In this document: positions 57,223-64,000 of the stretch, piece after piece | Numbering within the stretch: the stretch's first letter is position 1 | How the letters are laid out: every line of letters begins with the position of its first letter | Assembly (NCBI GenBank): GCA_951406725.2 | Contig: OX597814.1 | Span: forward strand, 40,858,001-40,922,000 | Origin: Octopus vulgaris | Lineage: Eukaryota | DNA: 64,000 nucleotides | Reading direction: 5' to 3' | The notes under the pieces: generated by a model | The model's database searches: none | What the model saw: the letters and a program-made list of their open reading frames with translations, nothing else | What the model was told of the DNA's origin: nothing | Made by a program: the position numbers and the translations under genes

Positions 57223-57829
57223 ATTATTGCCAGTAAAATTAATTTCGTATTTGATTAATATTGCTTTGTAATAATTCGTTTTCTCTATTCAAATAGAAAA
57301 TTCATGCAAGTTTATTCAATTTTCTCAAATGACTATCTATTAAATTTGTAATGTTATTCATGAACTACCACTAAGAAAATTCAAAATGAATTTAACGTTA
57401 ATCAAATAGAAATATAATTTATTTTGACTACTGTTAGATATCAGCATATATGTAGCCATACTTGATTAAACAGGATGTATATATATGCACTAAATCAAAT
57501 TCGATTTGCACTCGAAGATTTCTAGTGATATTCAGTGGTGAAAGAATGAAGTTTACAAGCTTAGTATATTCCGCGGTGCATATGGTAAACTGATTAATTT
57601 AAGCGTTGGTATAAATACAACTGTCACCTGTAATTCACACGAATTGATTTCAGGATAACTTTAGAGTTCTAAAAGCATTTGTGTTTCTTAAAATATCGTT
57701 TTGAAATTGCATCAAATCCAAACAAAATAATAATGGTATTATTATTATTATTAATAATTAAAATAAGAATCCTTCTACTTTATAATGATACTTTCTATTT
57801 AATCATATCATTTCTGATAACATATGTAG

Positions 57830-57997
57830 TTGTCTAGTCAATGGGATCAAAACCGGTGCTTAAAGGGTACTTTTTTTTATCGAACAACAAATAGTGAAAA
57901 GCTAAGTCGATGACAGTGAAATTTGAAGTGGGAATTTACAAACGGACGGAATGTGGTTTTGTTCAGCGGGGTAACAATTCCACCAGCTCGGTGACGG
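57830..57997 (-). mobile_element. Degenerate Nin-domain SINE
   Basis: Homology to 41775-41952. Confidence 0.5.
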
Positions 57998-58039
57998 AAT
58001 AACAACAACAACAGCAACAATAATAATAATAAATTACCT

Positions 58040-58555
58040 CATGGCATATCAGGCACTGACTCTTACAGCTTCTGATCTTAACTGATGATGCAATAATGTA
58101 TGTTTGTTTTGTTATAAAAGATGAGCTATAGCAAATATTTTGCTCAGTACCACATATTTACTTGTCATTTACCAGTTAAGCATCTCTCTTAGTGGCTGAC
58201 TATATGTGCATCTCTGATCACGGGCAGAAGTAGTGGGAGAACATCATATGTTGACAGGAATACTTTAAGGTTTGAATAATTCACCTCTGGAAACATGGGT
58301 GTTTGGTTGAACATCCTTAAACGACCATCGTCCAGGGACATTTTGAGCAGGACGAATAATTGAACATGATGAAAATTCTAAATGGCACCCAAAGCCATGT
58401 GGTGTTTATCTTGATATGCGAATCACCATAGCAGGTACACAAGGGTGTGATGCTTTTGCTAGGTGTAACGTTATCAGACGGGTAGTAATGATGGATATAT
58501 TGGTCTTCGTATATTTTTCCTCAGTGTCACTTTGATGACATGCACTGCTCTCTCA
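58040..58555. mobile_element. ~500-bp non-coding interspersed repeat embedded in (TAA)n
   Basis: Colinear homologue at 61425-61910, and both copies are bounded by TAA repeats. Confidence 0.75.
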
Positions 58556-59029
58556 ATAATAATGATAATAATGATTTCTTTCTTAACCTCAAGTGCTTAC
58601 CTTAATAAACATGTGTGTTTCTATATGTATATGTGTGTGTTGTGAGATTTTTGCGTGTGAACAACATTAACAATATTTTTTAAATAGAGAAATCAACAAC
58701 GTGGAATCCTCAGTAGGGAGGAAACGTTCGAAACAATCCCCATTAAAAATCATGGACACTCTGACTCCTGGGACAGATGCCGTTTTTTATATTTCCTCTT
58801 TTCCAACTACAGGCATATCATCAGGACATTACTCGCACCATTCACGCCACTTTCAAAGAAGATCAGGGATTGGCGAAAGAGGAAAGTATTTGTCTTCAAC
58901 CCTTTTACCCTCACCCATCATAAATCTCTTTCACCATGGCCACCAGGCATATAAAGACAGGCTTTCATTCCGGGATAAAGGAAAACAGCGGTGCTGTTTT
59001 CACGATGGATTCCGCTGTTGAGTAGATCA

Positions 59030-59700
59030 AGTCATTGAATTTGTTGATATCTAGTGTACTGTTGATATGGGCATTCTTAATTGTAAGGCTCTTTTGTATC
59101 TCTTTATCCTTTTATAGAGCTGATTATTTTTCTGTAAGATCGGGCGCCCTTTACGCTGGTCCATATTTATCGACAGTGTGACGTTTAGTTCTTCTACTTT
59201 TGATATTTCTTCAGTCGGTTCGTCTCCGACCTCGGTAATAGCTGGTCTGTTGTGGTGTGTGCTATATTGCTTGTTGATTCGCGCTTCAGTATTCGCCTGT
59301 ATGTGTGTGTTGTTGATTGTTTGTGCTGGTCTATTTATTTCTGGTTCGGGTTGACGTGTCTTAAGCGATTTCGGAGATATAATGTCTGATGTGCTTTTTT
59401 TGCTGGACTGTGACCCAATTGTTTGAGTTATGAGATGCTTTGTTTCATTTTCCGCATGTTATTTTTTTCTCTTAGTTTGTCTACTTCTTTCTCTCGCAGG
59501 ATATTTCGCCTGATATTCGCAAGAGTATTCTTAGAAACAGTTCCCCTTCTATCAGTATTTCTTCTTCTGCATATTTAGTAACTTTTCTTGTCATTCCTAC
59601 TAGTAGTAGCATCGTACTTGCGAGAGAAAGATGTTATCGTTGAATTTTACTCATTGAAGAAATAACGTTTCGTATCATTCTGTTATTAAACCAACTAGTA
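59030..59700 (-). mobile_element. Decayed R4/Dong-like ORF N-terminus
   Basis: Minus strand with frameshifts gives 'RCYY...' and 'VSKNTLANIRRNILREK', resembling the R4-clade N-terminal 'CYY...QRLADQ.R.I' region. Confidence 0.4.
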
Positions 59701-61034
59701 CCCACTTGGGCTTCTTGGATTTATAAACTATCGTAGCTTTGAATACCGACGGTTCATACATTTGAAAAACTAACATGATTTTGCAATCCAACAGTAGAGG
59801 AACAGTTAGCTGTTCTAACAGTTAAAAACAAAATCAATTCCTTTTTTAATGCTTTTCCACATTGAATGTATTTATAAACAGCAATACAGATATCAACAAC
59901 AACAGTATCACCGACGTGTACAACACGAGAATTCTAAATTGCCAGAATCACCATTACGTCCAGCAGTGTCAAACAGCTGCAAAAGTATCCAAAACAGCAA
60001 AAAATAAAACAAATTCTCTACTAAAAATCCCTCCTTCAGCACCAGCACCTTATTAACAGTAAAATAAAAATCAGCACAACCAGAATTTACAAATACATTG
60101 TTATCTAGCTCGCAATCACCGTGCGAGAAGAGGAATTAATTAAAATCACGCTTAACGAATTAAAAATACTAAAACCACAGAGTTAAGCATTATTGAATCC
60201 ATCTAATATGAAAATAATCAGAACCCTTCCTTGTAAAATAATATGTAAAATAACCGGAAAAAACATTGAGAAACACAAATCATATACAAATGTGTGTCAT
60301 ACATATCCGCACAGTACATGTGAGATTCAGGAGAGAATATATGACCTGGAAATGTTTAGACCAGTATTATCAATTAAATCAACGTCGATAACTTCAAAAA
60401 AACATTAACATTGAGAAAAAATTATCAAAAACATGAAATAAACATCACTTCCAACAACTAGTACATTGCCAAAAGTAACAGCAAATAAAAATCCCAAAAT
60501 AAGAATAAAACAAAACGAAAATAGCCCTCAAGACACTAGCTTCTCACTTGCAAATGGCAACGTGTTTCATTCAAGAATAAACGGACTGCGATAAAACATG
60601 CGAAACAAGAAAACATGTTAAGAGGCACAATCGGATGGAAGTAATATCTCTCAACATCAATACGCCGTCACCATATCCAACAACTACAGAAGAGCATGTT
60701 ACTAATAACACCGTAATTATCACAGCAAAGGCAGTCCTTACCATAAATAGACTGCCATAATCACAAATACTATCAATATGAATTATACACCTAAAACAAA
60801 AGGATAAGGGCTAGGAAATGTTGCAGCTTACACTGCCAGGCGCAAAAAACAAGATACAGTTGATGAAATATGTACATAAACACAGGCATCACTAAGAATA
60901 GTTTCACCATACCAATGCATATTATATTCATGTAAACCAGTTAGATTTTAAATATCGCTATAAAGACCTCGCAAATAAACCAACGTATTAGGTAGTGAAT
61001 ATAAGCAAATGACTTTATACTCAGCTGCTTGTGG

Positions 61035-61196
61035 AAACAAGTCATATTGACCCTTGTGAACAAATGGTATTTATTTTATCAACTCGGAATGGATGAAAAA
61101 CAAATTTCATCTCAGCGGAAATGATCTCAGATCTCAGAACAAAATGATGCTACGAATCTCGTCCTATACAGTAATGATTTTTTCAGCTCTCCGCCC
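61035..61196 (-). mobile_element. Degenerate Nin-domain SINE
   Basis: Homology to 41775-41952. Confidence 0.5.
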
Positions 61197-61290
61197 TACT
61201 GATAATAATTATTTCTCCTATAGGTACAAGTCCTGAAATTAAGATAATAGGCGCCTATCGATTGAACCCAGGAGCTTATTTTACCGTCTC

Positions 61291-61328
<38 letters not shown>

Positions 61329-61363
61329 TAATAATAATAATAATAATAGTAATAGTAATAGTC

Positions 61364-61423
<60 letters not shown>

Positions 61424-61424
61424 T

Positions 61425-61910
61425 ACCAGACAGTGACTCTCTTGGCTTCGGATCTTAACTGACTGGAAGTGTTATCATGTACATTGTTTTGTCTTGGTAT
61501 AAGAAGTGGACTATAGCAAATATACTGTTCACTGTGAGTTGTTAGACCATAACTTACTGAGTATATCACTTAGTGGCTGACGTTATGCGCATCTCTGATT
61601 ATAAGAGGAATTCTTTGGAATTTAGATTAGTCACCACTGGATACATGGAGGTTTCGTTGAAGATCCTTAAACAACTGTTATTCTGGAACCTTTTGAACGG
61701 GATAGGCTACTCCACATGTAGAAAATTCTAACTGGGCCCCAATTGCAAGGTCATATGCTACTTATCTTGATATGAGACCATCTTCTCACGCACATATGGT
61801 TGAGATGCAAGTAACTGGTGTACCGTTGTCAGACATGTAATCATGATGTTTATACTAGGCCTTATATATTTGATCCCAGGGTAACTTGATGGCATATACT
61901 GCTCTCTAAC
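61425..61910. mobile_element. Second copy of the (TAA)n-embedded repeat
   Basis: Homologous to 58040-58555, flanked by (TAA)n at 61291-61422 and 61912-61955. Confidence 0.75.
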
Positions 61911-61989
61911 TTAATAATAATAATGATAATAATAATAATATTAATAATAATAACAATAACAGTCTCAATTGTAATAGTAGCGGTAACAG

Positions 61990-62001
61990 AAACAGCAGTA
62001 G

Positions 62002-62091
<90 letters not shown>

Positions 62092-62135
62092 CAGCAGCAG
62101 TGACGACAGCAACAGTGGCAGTAGCAGTAGTAGTA
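61990..62135. repeat. Compound (GCA)n/(GTA)n microsatellite
   Basis: Direct reading of the sequence. Confidence 0.95.
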
Positions 62136-63511
62136 GGGGAGGATGAGGGGGAAGGGGAGGAACAATAATGATCGTCTCCGTTGTGATGCACGTAAAAGAA
62201 TTGATCGTAATATAGGTTTCATTGGGACATGAAGTCTATATTGAGACATTTCTATATTCTTGCAAAAAAAACGGCAAACCTGCTACAGCAAGAGTCACAA
62301 ATTCCATTTCTGTTATTTTCCTATTGCCCTTCTTAACGACGTAAGGAACTGCGGTGTCTTACCTTCTTTAAAATCATTTACGCGTCTCTAGTGGTTTTGT
62401 GTGGCTACAATTTTAATCATTAAAATTTAGAAAGAGACATCACTCGCCTACTTCAGGTCACACAAATAAAGCACATTTTAATGAGGTTGACGCACTGGTG
62501 GAAAAACCTAAATAATTGATCATGAGGAATAAAACAAACGCATCGGAAATTGTCGAACAGTTCAACGCTTCCCAGCTTGATATGAAGAGGTTGTTGTTGA
62601 TGAGGATGATGATTGTGTTGGTGGTGTAGAATGAGGTGGTTTTGGTGTTGATTATAGTGGTGGAAGTAGTAACGATGATGAAGAGAAAAAGTGACAACGA
62701 CGAACAGAAGAGTTCTCTTTCAATCGTTGATAGATGGTCACACACACGTGCTTTCTAATATTCATATCATTTTAATAATTTTGACCATGTAACCTACTTT
62801 ATGAATAGTATGAAACGCTATGATTCCCTCAAGGTTTGGGCGCTTGACATATTTGAAAGGCAGAAGAATCGGTCAAGATGTTCAAATGCAAGAACGTATA
62901 ATCGTTCCAATTTGTTTCAAAGTGTTACCTGAAGACTCTGTAAAGAAATACATTGCAGATAAACCATTTAGAGATAACAGTTTGGAGATATGTGAAAGGT
63001 CAAAAAAATAATTTTAAAAGTCATCAAACATTTTTTTTTTCTAAAAAGATTACTGTATATGATTCTTTTGAAGAAATATTCTGCACAAAAATTGATTACT
63101 TTATGGCTATAAAGAAAGATCTGATGTATGTAAGATGTATCATGGTTAATATTACAATTGTTTGTGACAAAGCATTTTTTTCTAATATATATTTCGATTC
63201 AAAGCCAGTAGGCAGAAAAATCTCTTCAAAATAAGAAAAAATAAATGCAATATTCTTCTGCATATATATCTTTTACAATACGATGTAATGAACATTAAGC
63301 GTTTCCTAATCAGCGTATTCAAGTTGCGCGCACCTTACAAACATCGGAGATTTTCTCATCATGTGGGCATGTACAATCTGTAAGTGCAAGTATGCATACG
63401 TACATACATACAAACACATACACACATACATAAACAAGCACATGCATATCGGTGCATTGTGATGCCACTTATATATATATCACCTAACCATTGGGTCATT
63501 GAGCCTACACG

Positions 63512-63680
<169 letters not shown>

Positions 63681-63684
63681 TTGT

Positions 63685-63988
63685 GTGGAGGCGCAATGGC
63701 CCAATGCTTAGGGCAGTGGACTCGCGGTCGCAGGATCATGGTTTCGATTCCCAGACCGGGCGTTGTGAGTGTTTATCGAGCGAAAACACCTAAAGCTCTA
63801 CGAGCCTCGGGCAGGGGTTGGTGGTGATCCCTGCTGTACTCTTTTACCACAACATTCTCTCACTCTAACCCCTGTTCGCTTAGCAAGCGGGGTGGCGTCA
63901 TTTTAAGGCTAAAAAATGCGAAGCGCATTGTGACAAGCGATATGTCGCAACATCTGAAAGCCTGGTATGTCACGGTGATCACGGTGAT
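63685..63988 (+). mobile_element. tRNA(Arg)-like SINE (OR-like)
   Basis: Head ggcgcaatggcccaatgcttagggcagtggactcgcg...gtttcgattccc. Homologous to 28524-28823. Confidence 0.85.
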
Positions 63989-64000
63989 ATATATATATAT

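Overview
AT-rich, repeat-saturated eukaryotic non-coding DNA. The tRNA-derived and Nin-domain SINE families, plus (TA)n/(TAA)n/(GAA)n microsatellites, point to an Octopus-like cephalopod (inference). No host protein-coding gene is supportable. Most ORFs in the track are microsatellite artefacts or transposon fragments. Recognisable elements are: a young Naiad-type Penelope-like element (RT + GIY-YIG) with 1,189-bp inverted arms (11832-15294), and an old decayed twin with the same architecture (47780-51830); R4/Dong, CR1, Tx1 and RTE LINE remnants; several Tc1/mariner remnants; a composite Helitron; and many SINEs. The most striking signal is about 15 type I hammerhead-ribozyme motifs from roughly nine unrelated sequence families. 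Most lie in small non-coding modules inserted in (TA)n, several of which are head-to-head fold-back hairpins with the same geometry as the autonomous Penelope element. One is fused behind a tRNA-derived Pol III head. All folds were done by eye, and no ribozyme activity is demonstrated.
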